From a virus, in IMG/VR virus record IMGVR_UViG_3300042507_002672: a DNA stretch of 37,813 bases, one strand, 5' to 3'. The notes under the pieces were generated by a model that was not told the origin of the DNA, made no database searches, and was given only the letters and a program-made list of their open reading frames with translations. Positions 22,731-31,638 of the stretch are shown one piece after another; the first letter of the stretch is position 1; every line of letters begins with the position of its first letter. A program made the translations under genes and the position numbers.

Positions 22731-24286
22731 GGAAGGCATTAAGACCAACGCCCGCCACATCCGAGGCATCACTTCCAATCAATATCCCGGCTCCGGTTGG
22801 GGGCTTAAACACGCGCGACGGGCGGGCGGTTATGCCCATCACCGATGCTGAGTTGATGGACAACTGGTTCCCCGAGGCGACAGACGTTCGCGTTCGTCCG
22901 GGCTCTGACACCTATTGTTCCGGCATCGGCGCCCAGGTTGAAAGCATCATGTCCTATTCGGGCGGGGCAACGCTGAAGCTGCTTATCGCTGCGGGCGGGA
23001 CGATCCAGAACATATCGACCGTAGGCGTCACGGGGACGATTGCAGCCAGTTCAACCATTGCCAACGGGTTCAATAACGACCGCTGGCAGTATCGGAACTT
23101 TGGCACTCCTGGAGGCACATTCCTTGTCGCGGTGAACGGCGAAGACGCGCGCCAGATTTATAACGGCACGGTCATGTGGGCCGGATCGGCGTCTGCCGGC
23201 TCGGGTACGGCTGCGGTCTTCTCGAATATCGAGATTTTTCAGCGGCGCATCTACTACACCCAGACCAATTCGCTAGAGTTTCTCTACCACGACCAAGTAT
23301 CAGCCATAGGCGGGACAATTAGCGGATTTAACCTCGCGCCATTGTTAAGCCGTGGTGGATCTCTTACCGCTATCGGAACATGGACCCGCGACGGCGGTTC
23401 GGGGATGGATGACTTAATATCCTTCCTCTCATCCGAGGGGGAAATCATCGTCTATCAGGGGCTTGATCCGGCAGACGCCAATTCGTGGTCAATGGTTGGG
23501 GTCTATAAGATTGCTCGCCCTGTTGGACCCCGAGCGATGCAAAAGCTCGGTGGTGAGCTTCTAATTGACACGGTGCAGGGCGTTTATTCGCTCTCTGCGG
23601 TTATGTCAGGCCTCAAACAGCAGGCCCCATTCTCCGACAAGATCAACACGGCTCTAAGCGCGGCGTGGGGTGTCTACAAGAACAACTTTGGCTGGGAGAT
23701 GAAATACGACCCAGACCGTGAATGGCTGATACTGAATGTCCCTGTCGCGTCGGGGAACTTACAGCAGCAATACGTCATGAACACTCACACTCAAGCCTGG
23801 ACGCGCTTCCTGGGCTGGGATGCGAACTGTTTCGAGTTCCACAACGGGAATCTGTATTTTGGGACAAATGGGTCTGTAGTCCAAGCCGCGACAAGTTCAC
23901 AGTCCGATGATGGCGAGGATATCCTTGTTGACGTTCGACAGGCCGCGTCAACCTTCGGCGCTCCCGGCAGGCTTAAGCACTTCAAGATTTACCGCCCTCT
24001 GATTAACTCAGACGGGGCGCTTGGCCTCGCGTTCGCTATGGACGTGGATTTCAACGATCAAACGCCAACCAACATCCCGACAGTGGTGGCTGTCCCCTTT
24101 GCTGAGTGGGACGTGGCTACGTGGGACGATTTCTTCTGGGGTGGCGATCCGGTCCCCGTGGGCCAGTGGCAATCAGCCGGCGCATTGGGGACTTACGGGT
24201 CTGTACGTATCAAGGGCGCTGCCAATGAAACGGCCATTCGCTGGTACGGAACGGATGTAGTGTTAGAACCCGGAGGTATGGTATAA
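22727..24286 (+). CDS. Putative tail tubular B/nozzle-like structural protein
   Basis: ATG at 22727 (ATGA overlap). The call rests on size (about 520 aa) and position in a podovirus-like tail module. Confidence 0.5.
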   Translation: MRKALRPTPATSEASLPINIPAPVGGLNTRDGRAVMPITDAELMDNWFPEATDVRVRPGSDTYCSGIGAQVESIMSYSGGATLKLLIAAGGTIQNISTVGVTGTIAASSTIANGFNNDRWQYRNFGTPGGTFLVAVNGEDARQIYNGTVMWAGSASAGSGTAAVFSNIEIFQRRIYYTQTNSLEFLYHDQVSAIGGTISGFNLAPLLSRGGSLTAIGTWTRDGGSGMDDLISFLSSEGEIIVYQGLDPADANSWSMVGVYKIARPVGPRAMQKLGGELLIDTVQGVYSLSAVMSGLKQQAPFSDKINTALSAAWGVYKNNFGWEMKYDPDREWLILNVPVASGNLQQQYVMNTHTQAWTRFLGWDANCFEFHNGNLYFGTNGSVVQAATSSQSDDGEDILVDVRQAASTFGAPGRLKHFKIYRPLINSDGALGLAFAMDVDFNDQTPTNIPTVVAVPFAEWDVATWDDFFWGGDPVPVGQWQSAGALGTYGSVRIKGAANETAIRWYGTDVVLEPGGMV

Positions 24287-24723
24287 TGCTTTCCGTCGCC
24301 ACTCCCGACGACCTTGAAGAGGTTTTTAACCTTCTCCTGGTCATGCACGCCGAAAACGGCGTCGGTCGATTGGATGAACCCAAGGCCCGCGGGGCTATCT
24401 CCGAAATCATCAATTCTGGCGGCTGCTTAATTTCAAAGCAGAACGGCAAGATTGTTGGAAGTGTTGGTCTCACCATGACGAGCTGGTGGTATTCGCGGGA
24501 TCGGTTTCTTGTGGACGAGTGGTTCTTTGTCCACCCCGACAACCGGAGCGAAGGCCATGCGACCCAGCTTATTGGATGGATGAAAACTGCGGCTCAGACG
24601 TGCGGGACTCCGGTTGTTCTCAGCGTGGGGACTACGGTGGACGCTCTGTCCAAGCTTAAATACTTCCGCAAGCATCTGACCCCGTTCGGCGGCGCCTTCA
24701 TTTACCAGCCCAAGGCGGCTTAA
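24286..24723 (+). CDS. GNAT-family N-acetyltransferase-like protein (145 aa)
   Basis: KIVGSVGL...DEWFFVHPDNRSEGHATQLIGWMKTAA resembles GNAT motif A (V.P..R..G....L). It has a taatg overlap with the upstream tail gene. Confidence 0.6.
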   Translation: MLSVATPDDLEEVFNLLLVMHAENGVGRLDEPKARGAISEIINSGGCLISKQNGKIVGSVGLTMTSWWYSRDRFLVDEWFFVHPDNRSEGHATQLIGWMKTAAQTCGTPVVLSVGTTVDALSKLKYFRKHLTPFGGAFIYQPKAA

Positions 24724-26523
24724 ATGTGCTTCGGCAGTGCTCCTAGACCGCCCGACCCCGTAGCGACGGCCCAAGCGCAGAGCGGGATCAATCGCGCTGA
24801 CCTCGGCTATGCTGCTGGGCTCAATCAAATCAATCAGACCGGGCCGTTCGGTTCTGTATCGTATTCGGGTGAGATTGGTTCGCCCAATCGCACACAGACC
24901 ACGACCCTTACGCCTGAGATGCAAGCCATCCTCAATGGGCAAACCCAGCTTACAGGGGGGCTCACAGACCTTGCTAACCAGCGGCTTGCCGGCGCTCCGC
25001 GATCAAACTTCACGCTTGATGGGCAGCCCGATGTGCGTCGTGCTCAGGGGGTGACGTTTGGCACGTCCTTTAATCAAGGCCCTGCGGTTCAGAACACATT
25101 CGACCAAGGCCCTGCACTTCGCAACGAATTCGATCAAGGCCAGGCCGTTCAGACCAGTTTCAATAACGGCGGCGCGTTACAGCGCGGGTTTGACAACGGC
25201 GGCGCGCTTCAGCGCGACATTCAGGCCGGAGCGATAACTGATAGGTTCGACGCTGGCGGTCAGGCCCAGCGCAGCGTTGACCTTAGTGGCCAGCCGGCGC
25301 TCAACACAGACTTTTCCAAGCTTTCGCAGCAAGCCCAAGAAGCCGCGTATCGTCAAAATACAAAATACCTTGATCCTCAGTTTGCACAGCAGGAGCAGGC
25401 AACCCGCGCACGGTTGGCCGCGCAGGGCGTTACCGAGGGCTCCCAGGCGTACAATCAAGAAATGGCTAACCTTGCCCAGCAACGGGACCAGTCATACTCT
25501 GGCGCGCGGGATCAGGCCATTAATCAGGGGTTCAACCTTGAAGGCCAAATGTTTGGCCAAAACCTTGCCGCGAGACAGCAGGGCGTCGGAGAGCAATTCC
25601 AACTTGGTGAGTTTGGCAACAGTTCGCTTGCTCAGCAGTTCGGCATGAACCAAGCCCAAGCTCAGTTCCAGAACCAAGCTCAGAATCAGGGCTTTGGTCA
25701 GAACCAAGCCCGAGCACAGCTTAATAACGACGCCGCAATGATGGACTACCAGCGCAACTTGGGCATGGCTGAGTTCGGCAACAACGCAGCGATGCAGGAC
25801 TACGCCCGCAATCAAGGGATGGCGCAATTCGGCAATCAAGCGGCTGGTCAGCAGTACAGCCAGAACCGCGGCTCTGCTGAGTTCGCCAACACCGCGGCCA
25901 ATCAGCAGTACGACCGCAACCGTGCGACGGCTCAGTTTGGAAACGACGCGGCTAGTCAGCAGTACGGGCAGAACCTTGGCGCGGCTCAGTTCGGCAACGA
26001 CGCATTGGCGCAACAGTTCAACGCCGGCCTTAACCTCCAGCAGGCCGACCAGTCGAACCGTTCTCAGTCGATCAACGAGAATATTTTGGGGCGTAACCAG
26101 AACATCAACGAGGCGATGGCCTTTGTTAATGGAGCCCCGGTATCGCCGCAGAACCCGACGTTCCAGCCGTTCGCCCAAAGCACGGCGGCACAGGCCGCGC
26201 CTGATGCGATTGGCTTGGCATCGGCTAACTACGGCAACCAGTCTGCGGCTCGCGCGCAAATCCTAGGCTCTATCTTTGGTTCTGCTGGCAAGATTGGTGG
26301 CGCGGCCATAGGAGCCTCTTGCTGGGTCGCGCGCGAAGTCTACGGCGTCGAGAATCCCAAGTGGGTCATCTTCCGCGAATGGATGCTGAACAAGTCTCCC
26401 AAGTGGTTCCGCGCGCTTTATCTGACCTACGGCGAGCGTTTCGCGGCGTGGATCAAAGACAAGCCGAAGCTCAAGACGATGATCCGCAATTGGATGGACG
26501 CGAGGATTGTTCATGCCTCGTAG
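24724..26523 (+). CDS. Gln/Asn/Gly-rich repeat protein, putative internal virion/ejection protein
   Basis: It lies after the tail tubular-like genes. It contains two families of tandem peptide repeats (see findings). The conserved-looking C-terminus is CWVAREVYGVENPKWVIFREWML. Confidence 0.6.
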   Translation: MCFGSAPRPPDPVATAQAQSGINRADLGYAAGLNQINQTGPFGSVSYSGEIGSPNRTQTTTLTPEMQAILNGQTQLTGGLTDLANQRLAGAPRSNFTLDGQPDVRRAQGVTFGTSFNQGPAVQNTFDQGPALRNEFDQGQAVQTSFNNGGALQRGFDNGGALQRDIQAGAITDRFDAGGQAQRSVDLSGQPALNTDFSKLSQQAQEAAYRQNTKYLDPQFAQQEQATRARLAAQGVTEGSQAYNQEMANLAQQRDQSYSGARDQAINQGFNLEGQMFGQNLAARQQGVGEQFQLGEFGNSSLAQQFGMNQAQAQFQNQAQNQGFGQNQARAQLNNDAAMMDYQRNLGMAEFGNNAAMQDYARNQGMAQFGNQAAGQQYSQNRGSAEFANTAANQQYDRNRATAQFGNDAASQQYGQNLGAAQFGNDALAQQFNAGLNLQQADQSNRSQSINENILGRNQNINEAMAFVNGAPVSPQNPTFQPFAQSTAAQAAPDAIGLASANYGNQSAARAQILGSIFGSAGKIGGAAIGASCWVAREVYGVENPKWVIFREWMLNKSPKWFRALYLTYGERFAAWIKDKPKLKTMIRNWMDARIVHAS

Positions 26524-27826
26524 ACAGCAGACCCAATACCGCCAGATCGAAGCCCAGCAGCCGTATATGGGCGAGTATTCCGCGCTTGCCGAGCAATTCC
26601 TTCGCAAGAAGGACAAACCCATCTATTCGGTGGGGCAGGGCCTTGTAGAAGCTGGCTCTGACATTGCCGAGGCGTTCCTGATGAAGAAAGCGGCGGAACG
26701 TGAGCAGCGGAAAGAAGATAAAGACATTAGCGACGTTGCCATGGCGCAACGGTTCGCAATGGACCCCGGCTTGGCGCGCGATAAGAACAGCGGGGCGTTA
26801 TACTCGGCGGAAGACTTCGGAGGTCTGCAGACGCAGGGCATTGAGCCCATGAGCGCGCAGCAACGCGCAGCCGCGGCAACGGGCAGGCTCTCGGATGTTA
26901 ACCCGAGGGCGGCGCTCGCCACGGCTCCGGGGATGCTTGACCTTGCCCAGCAGTTTGAAGCGCCGAAAGACACATACGAAATCAACAAAGAGTTTGGGGT
27001 TATGCGGAGGCCTGCTGGCGGGGGCCAGCCCGAAGTCGTAATGTCAGTTCCGACCCCCGCAAGGGCATCGCAGCTTTTGACGCCCGACGAAGAAGCACAG
27101 AAATTGCGGATTCAGGCAGCAGGACGCACCCCTCAAGCTGCAATGACGCCTGTGGAGATGTACCAAAAGAACTTTGGCCCGCTTGCTCCTGGCATGATGC
27201 CGGAGATTGTTGACGGCAGGATTACGCCGCGACAGGTTCCGCAGCCAAGCGGCCCGCAAGACCCCGCCGTTATCGAACAAAAGCGCATCGAGGCGCTTAA
27301 GGCCGACCTACCCAGCGCGCAGAATAAACTTATGTCTGTGACCCAGCCCTTGCGCTCGTTGGCGGGCCAAATCCGCGCAGCCAAAACCGACCCGAACACT
27401 AAAGACGTTACCGGGCCATATGAAGGGCGGACAAGCGGCGGTGTCTTGGGGCGGTTCTCCGAAGGCAATTCGACCGCGGCGTCTCGCATCGAAAACATTA
27501 GGAACGTCGCGCAGTCAATCGGTTTGAACTTGACGCGCATGGGCGGTATCGCGCCGGGTAGCATAACGCAGGCGGAATGGCCGAAGTTCGAGGCTTACGT
27601 TGCCAACCTCGACCCTATGCAGGGTGATGAGGCGTTTACCAAACAATTGGACGTTGCCGAGCAAATGGCTACCGGCCTCCTTAATGCAATGGAGACAGAG
27701 TTCAAAACCACTTACGCACCAGTCCTCCCCAAAGTAGAAGCGCCCACTACAAGCGGCGTTTCAGGCTCTTGGGGCGATGGCAGAACTAAGGTCATCGCGG
27801 GCGCTCGCGTGACAAGGCTCGACTAA
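26513..27826 (+). CDS. Putative internal virion protein (437 aa)
   Basis: ATG at 26513 with GAGGA 6 nt upstream. It is the second of three consecutive large ORFs. Confidence 0.55.
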   Translation: MPRRQQTQYRQIEAQQPYMGEYSALAEQFLRKKDKPIYSVGQGLVEAGSDIAEAFLMKKAAEREQRKEDKDISDVAMAQRFAMDPGLARDKNSGALYSAEDFGGLQTQGIEPMSAQQRAAAATGRLSDVNPRAALATAPGMLDLAQQFEAPKDTYEINKEFGVMRRPAGGGQPEVVMSVPTPARASQLLTPDEEAQKLRIQAAGRTPQAAMTPVEMYQKNFGPLAPGMMPEIVDGRITPRQVPQPSGPQDPAVIEQKRIEALKADLPSAQNKLMSVTQPLRSLAGQIRAAKTDPNTKDVTGPYEGRTSGGVLGRFSEGNSTAASRIENIRNVAQSIGLNLTRMGGIAPGSITQAEWPKFEAYVANLDPMQGDEAFTKQLDVAEQMATGLLNAMETEFKTTYAPVLPKVEAPTTSGVSGSWGDGRTKVIAGARVTRLD

Positions 27827-29946
27827 TGCCCAAGTACAAGGTCGAACTCCCGAGCGGAACATATCAGATTGAGGCTGACGACGAAGGCCAACTTGAGGCC
27901 GCCATTAGCGAACTTGGCGGGCAGAGCGGCCCCAAGGCGCCAACGTCCGACACCGCGCAGATGTTTAACCGCGGAATGACGGCGGGACTGTCCGACTATC
28001 CGGCGGCGGCTGGCAAGTACGTTGGGGACAAGATCGGCGGCGCTTTGTTGAACGCGACTGGTAAGCAGAGGACGCTTGCTGACTTGGTAGCCCCATCCCG
28101 GCCAAATGTGGGGAATAAGTCGTTTGAACAGTCCCTCCAAGAAGTACGCGCGGGCAATACGGCGTTCCGCGACGAAAGCCCGGTTCTGGCCTACGGTGCG
28201 GAAATCGCCGGGGGTATTGCATCCCCTATCTTCCGGGGTGTCGCCAAGGGCACTCAATACGGCATGGACAAGGCCGCGCAGTTCCTTGGTAAGACCGTCC
28301 CGAAATATGTTGGCTATGGCTTCCAGGGCGGCGCTGCTGGCCTAACAGGGGGCATTGGCGGCGCTCAGAACGAACAGGGCGGCGTTCCTAGCCTTGGAGA
28401 CGTAGCGGAGCAGGGTGGCGTTGGCGCGGCTCTCGGCGGCGCTCTCGGGGTATCTATTCCTGCGGGGATCGAAGTTGGCCGCAAAGTCATTAACTCCACG
28501 GTCCAACCCGTTCTTGATCGCGTTGCCAAAAGCGGCCCGGTTAATGCTGCGGCCCGTCGCACCCTGGACTATCTGGAATCGCGCGGGCTTACTCCCCAGC
28601 AACTCCAAGCCAAGATGAACGTCCGCAACGCTGACGGGCAAGGCATGATTGCCGATGTGTTGCCAGAACTTGCCGACGACGCGGCCCAATTCAGGGGCGC
28701 GGCTCAGACTGCGGCTAGTCGCAACCTCACAAGCCGCCAGGGCACGATTATGTCTCCGAGCGGGCAGGGCGACAGGCTTTCGGAATCGGTGTTTAAGAAC
28801 CTGTCGGGCGATGACTTCCTAACCACCATAGACGATTTGCAGAAGGCCAGGACCGTAGACGCCGGCCCAAAGTATGACGCGGCGTTTGCCGAGCAGACAG
28901 GCCCCGCGACAACTAGAAGCCGTCAGATCACAAGCCCGACGATTGAGCGTCTTTTGGAAGATGACGATATCCAAAAGGGCATCGCAACGGGCGTAAAGCT
29001 CCTGCAAAAGGAATCGTCCGTCACTGGTGCGCCGGTCAATCTTGCCGACTACGCTTTGAAGCGTAACGCCCAAGGCCAGTTTGAACGTGTTGGCACGCCT
29101 ACGCTTCGCCTTCTCGATGCGGCAAAGCGCGGCATTGATGACATGCTGTTCAATGGCGACGGATTCCGCAACCAATTCGGCAAACTGACGCAGATGGGGC
29201 GCGCTCTGGAAAACCAGCGTGCAGCTCTAGTCAGCGAAATGGACCGATTGACCGTCGATCAATCTGGCAAGTCTATATACAAAGCCGCGCGAGACGCTTG
29301 GGCTGGGCCATCCCGTTCGCTCGATATGATGCAACGCGGGCGCGACTTCATCAAGGAAGGCGGCGCGGACGAAACCACGGCTTTCTTCAAAGGTCTTGGG
29401 GAGAGCGAAAGAGAGTTCTACCGCATCGGCGTTGCCAAGCAACTTCGCGAGATGATCGAAACGTCTGCGGACGAGGCGAACAAAGCCAAAAAGATTTTTG
29501 GCAGCGATGCCATGCGAACAAAGCTGGAAGCCATTTTTCCATCTCGCAAGGCTTTCAACGAGTTCCGTAAGTCCGTCCTGCTCGAAATGGAACGCTCAAA
29601 CACAAAGCAGACGGTTATCGGTGGATCTCCGACCGCCAAGAGATTGGCAGGCCGCGATCAATTCGAGATGGACCCAAGCGGTCCGTTAATTGATATGGCG
29701 ACAGGAAACCCGCGCCAGGGTGCTGTAGGGTTCTTGCGTCAAGCCGCCCGCGCTCTCAACGCCCCTCCGAAATCTACCGCAGAGCAATTAGCGGTGTTGT
29801 TCAGCCGTGACCCAGCGGAACAGACGAAGTTTATTCAGAGCCTAGATAATCGGGCGATGGCCAGCAGGCTTTTAAGTCAGAAGCCGTTGCCGCGTGATTT
29901 GCTGTCGCGTGCAGGCGTCCCGTTGTTCGGATCGTCAAACCAATGA
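27826..29946 (+). CDS. Putative internal virion protein (706 aa)
   Basis: It has a taatg overlap and is the largest ORF of the module. No lytic-transglycosylase motif recognised. Confidence 0.55.
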   Translation: MPKYKVELPSGTYQIEADDEGQLEAAISELGGQSGPKAPTSDTAQMFNRGMTAGLSDYPAAAGKYVGDKIGGALLNATGKQRTLADLVAPSRPNVGNKSFEQSLQEVRAGNTAFRDESPVLAYGAEIAGGIASPIFRGVAKGTQYGMDKAAQFLGKTVPKYVGYGFQGGAAGLTGGIGGAQNEQGGVPSLGDVAEQGGVGAALGGALGVSIPAGIEVGRKVINSTVQPVLDRVAKSGPVNAAARRTLDYLESRGLTPQQLQAKMNVRNADGQGMIADVLPELADDAAQFRGAAQTAASRNLTSRQGTIMSPSGQGDRLSESVFKNLSGDDFLTTIDDLQKARTVDAGPKYDAAFAEQTGPATTRSRQITSPTIERLLEDDDIQKGIATGVKLLQKESSVTGAPVNLADYALKRNAQGQFERVGTPTLRLLDAAKRGIDDMLFNGDGFRNQFGKLTQMGRALENQRAALVSEMDRLTVDQSGKSIYKAARDAWAGPSRSLDMMQRGRDFIKEGGADETTAFFKGLGESEREFYRIGVAKQLREMIETSADEANKAKKIFGSDAMRTKLEAIFPSRKAFNEFRKSVLLEMERSNTKQTVIGGSPTAKRLAGRDQFEMDPSGPLIDMATGNPRQGAVGFLRQAARALNAPPKSTAEQLAVLFSRDPAEQTKFIQSLDNRAMASRLLSQKPLPRDLLSRAGVPLFGSSNQ

Positions 29947-30110
29947 CCGTAACGCATCTTATGAACGCCCTGCCACATGACGGTTGCGCCGATCCATCCG
30001 AGGCAGAACGTGACCATCGTTTGAGTGCCCCAAATCCATTCGATTGCTTGGAAAAGAAACCCGAAGCCGACCATGACGGCTACGACAACGAAGTTAGCGA
30101 GGAAAATCAT
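29877..30110 (-). CDS. Candidate opposite-strand two-helix membrane protein (77 aa from ATG 30110; TTG at 30131 possible)
   Basis: MIFLANFVVVAVMVGFGFLFQAIEWIWGTQTMVTFCLGWIGATVMWQGV. A hand count of G/C at third codon positions gives about two thirds here, against about one half for the competing plus-strand ORF. Confidence 0.45.
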   Translation of the reverse strand: MIFLANFVVVAVMVGFGFLFQAIEWIWGTQTMVTFCLGWIGATVMWQGVHKMRYGHWFDDPNNGTPARDSKSRGNGF

Positions 30111-30214
30111 GTTCCGGCCTGCTGGCTGCAAACCTTGATTTTACCGCAAAAACAAGCATCACGGAAGACACTGGAAACGCCCGCAACACGGGCATTTTCG
30201 AGGGATTTTAGCTA

Positions 30215-31024
30215 ATGGCTTTCAACGGAAGTGGTACGTTCGTCCGCGTTTATAGCTGGGCCACGGACAAGGCCAACGGCATCAAAATCCGTGCCGACCG
30301 CATGGATGGAGAGGACGATGGCTTTGCAACCGGCCTTTCCACTTGCGTTACCCGTGATGGCCAATCCCCGGCCACAGCAAACCTACCCATGGGGACGTTC
30401 AAGCACACGGGCGTTGCCGTTGCATCGGCCCGCACTGACTATCTGAGGGCATCCCAGGCCCAAGATAACGACCTGACGTACTTCACAAGCGCAGGGACGA
30501 TCAACGCGTACACCCTGACGCCCGCGCCGGCCATTACAGGGCTGACGGCTGGCCAAGAATGGCTTGTAAAAATCCATGCGGCTTGTGCCGCAACGCCGAC
30601 GCTTGCTGTGTCAGGGCTTGCCGCGGCTACGATTGTTTACGCTGACGGCTCGGCGCTCCCGGCGAACGCGCTTGCCACCAACGGGCAATATACGTTCCGG
30701 TATGACGGCACGAACTACCGCGTGAACCTTTCCGCATCAACCACGCTTGGGCTGACTTCTGGAACGGATATTTCCGGCGCCATCGCGGTAGCGGTTAATA
30801 CCAAGTACCTCTGCGACTTCACCGCATCGTCTTACACGATCACTTTGCCGGCGGCTCCTGCCGCGGGCGATATGATTCTACTCACAAAGTTTGGCACGTT
30901 TGCCATGACGCTTGCTTTGAACGGCTTGAAGTTCAACGGCTCAACAAACAACCCCGTAACGACCGCGGAGGGCTCCACGCTTCTCCGATATACCGGCGCA
31001 TCACGCGGCTGGGTGGAGATGTAA
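30215..31024 (+). CDS. Tail fibre protein
   Basis: The N-terminus MAFNGSGTFVRVYSWATDKANGIKIRADRMDGEDDGFATGLSTCVTRDGQ follows a pattern I recognise from prophage tail-fibre N-termini. The C-terminal half is Ala/Thr/Gly-rich. Confidence 0.65.
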   Translation: MAFNGSGTFVRVYSWATDKANGIKIRADRMDGEDDGFATGLSTCVTRDGQSPATANLPMGTFKHTGVAVASARTDYLRASQAQDNDLTYFTSAGTINAYTLTPAPAITGLTAGQEWLVKIHAACAATPTLAVSGLAAATIVYADGSALPANALATNGQYTFRYDGTNYRVNLSASTTLGLTSGTDISGAIAVAVNTKYLCDFTASSYTITLPAAPAAGDMILLTKFGTFAMTLALNGLKFNGSTNNPVTTAEGSTLLRYTGASRGWVEM

Positions 31025-31636
31025 ATGGCACTCTTCGGAAAAGACCTTGGGATTCACTTCAATCAGCCGTCGCAGTTCCAACCTATTATTGCGCCTGTGG
31101 CTGATCTGAATATTTTCGACAACGGCAACATCATTAGAGAATCGAGCACCACGGCGTTTTTCACGCAGATGGCCTCGCGTGGATTGCAGGACACAACGAA
31201 TTGGACGGCGAACACTTACAAGACCCTGCTCACCGTCACAGGTGCGGGGTTCGTCGCTGGCATTGTTGGCCCTACCGCGGGCGGGGCTGAAACAACCACG
31301 TTTGAAATCACCACGGACGGCGTTCTTGATGAAATAGCCATAACCGTTGCGGCCAGCCAGCGCGCGGTTCTTCTCGCAAAGTATGGTGGGCCGACCGATT
31401 TTACTTCGGCGGAACTCTTTATGTATGCCGGTGTAAGCGGTGCTCTTGGGGCTGATAAAGCGACGTTTACCATATCGTCAAACCCGGTTGGCGTTATTCC
31501 GGGGTGGCGTCAAATGGTGATGTATCCGCAGCTTCGGTTTAGTCAATCGCTTCTAATCCGCGCGAAGCACTCTGCAAACATCACAAACGCCACCGCGACG
31601 GCTTATAGCGCCGTCATGTATCGACTGGACCTGTAA
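31025..31636 (+). CDS. Hypothetical tail-fibre-module protein (203 aa)
   Basis: ORF track; the ATG follows the upstream TAA directly. Confidence 0.6.
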   Translation: MALFGKDLGIHFNQPSQFQPIIAPVADLNIFDNGNIIRESSTTAFFTQMASRGLQDTTNWTANTYKTLLTVTGAGFVAGIVGPTAGGAETTTFEITTDGVLDEIAITVAASQRAVLLAKYGGPTDFTSAELFMYAGVSGALGADKATFTISSNPVGVIPGWRQMVMYPQLRFSQSLLIRAKHSANITNATATAYSAVMYRLDL

Positions 31637-31638
31637 TC

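Noticed and set aside
25492-26259. 255-aa minus-strand ORF opposite the Q/N-rich repeat protein.
   Set aside because: Its Leu/Arg/Val-rich repeats are simply the complement of the Gln/Asn/Ala repeat codons. It has no start context or operon partners.
29943-30215. 90-aa plus-strand ORF with perfect ATGA and TAATG coupling.
   Set aside because: It is down-weighted but not excluded. Its hydrophilic His/Asp/Glu/Asn-rich product is the mirror of a strongly hydrophobic minus frame, and its third-position G/C is lower than that of the minus frame. Both options are listed in a finding.
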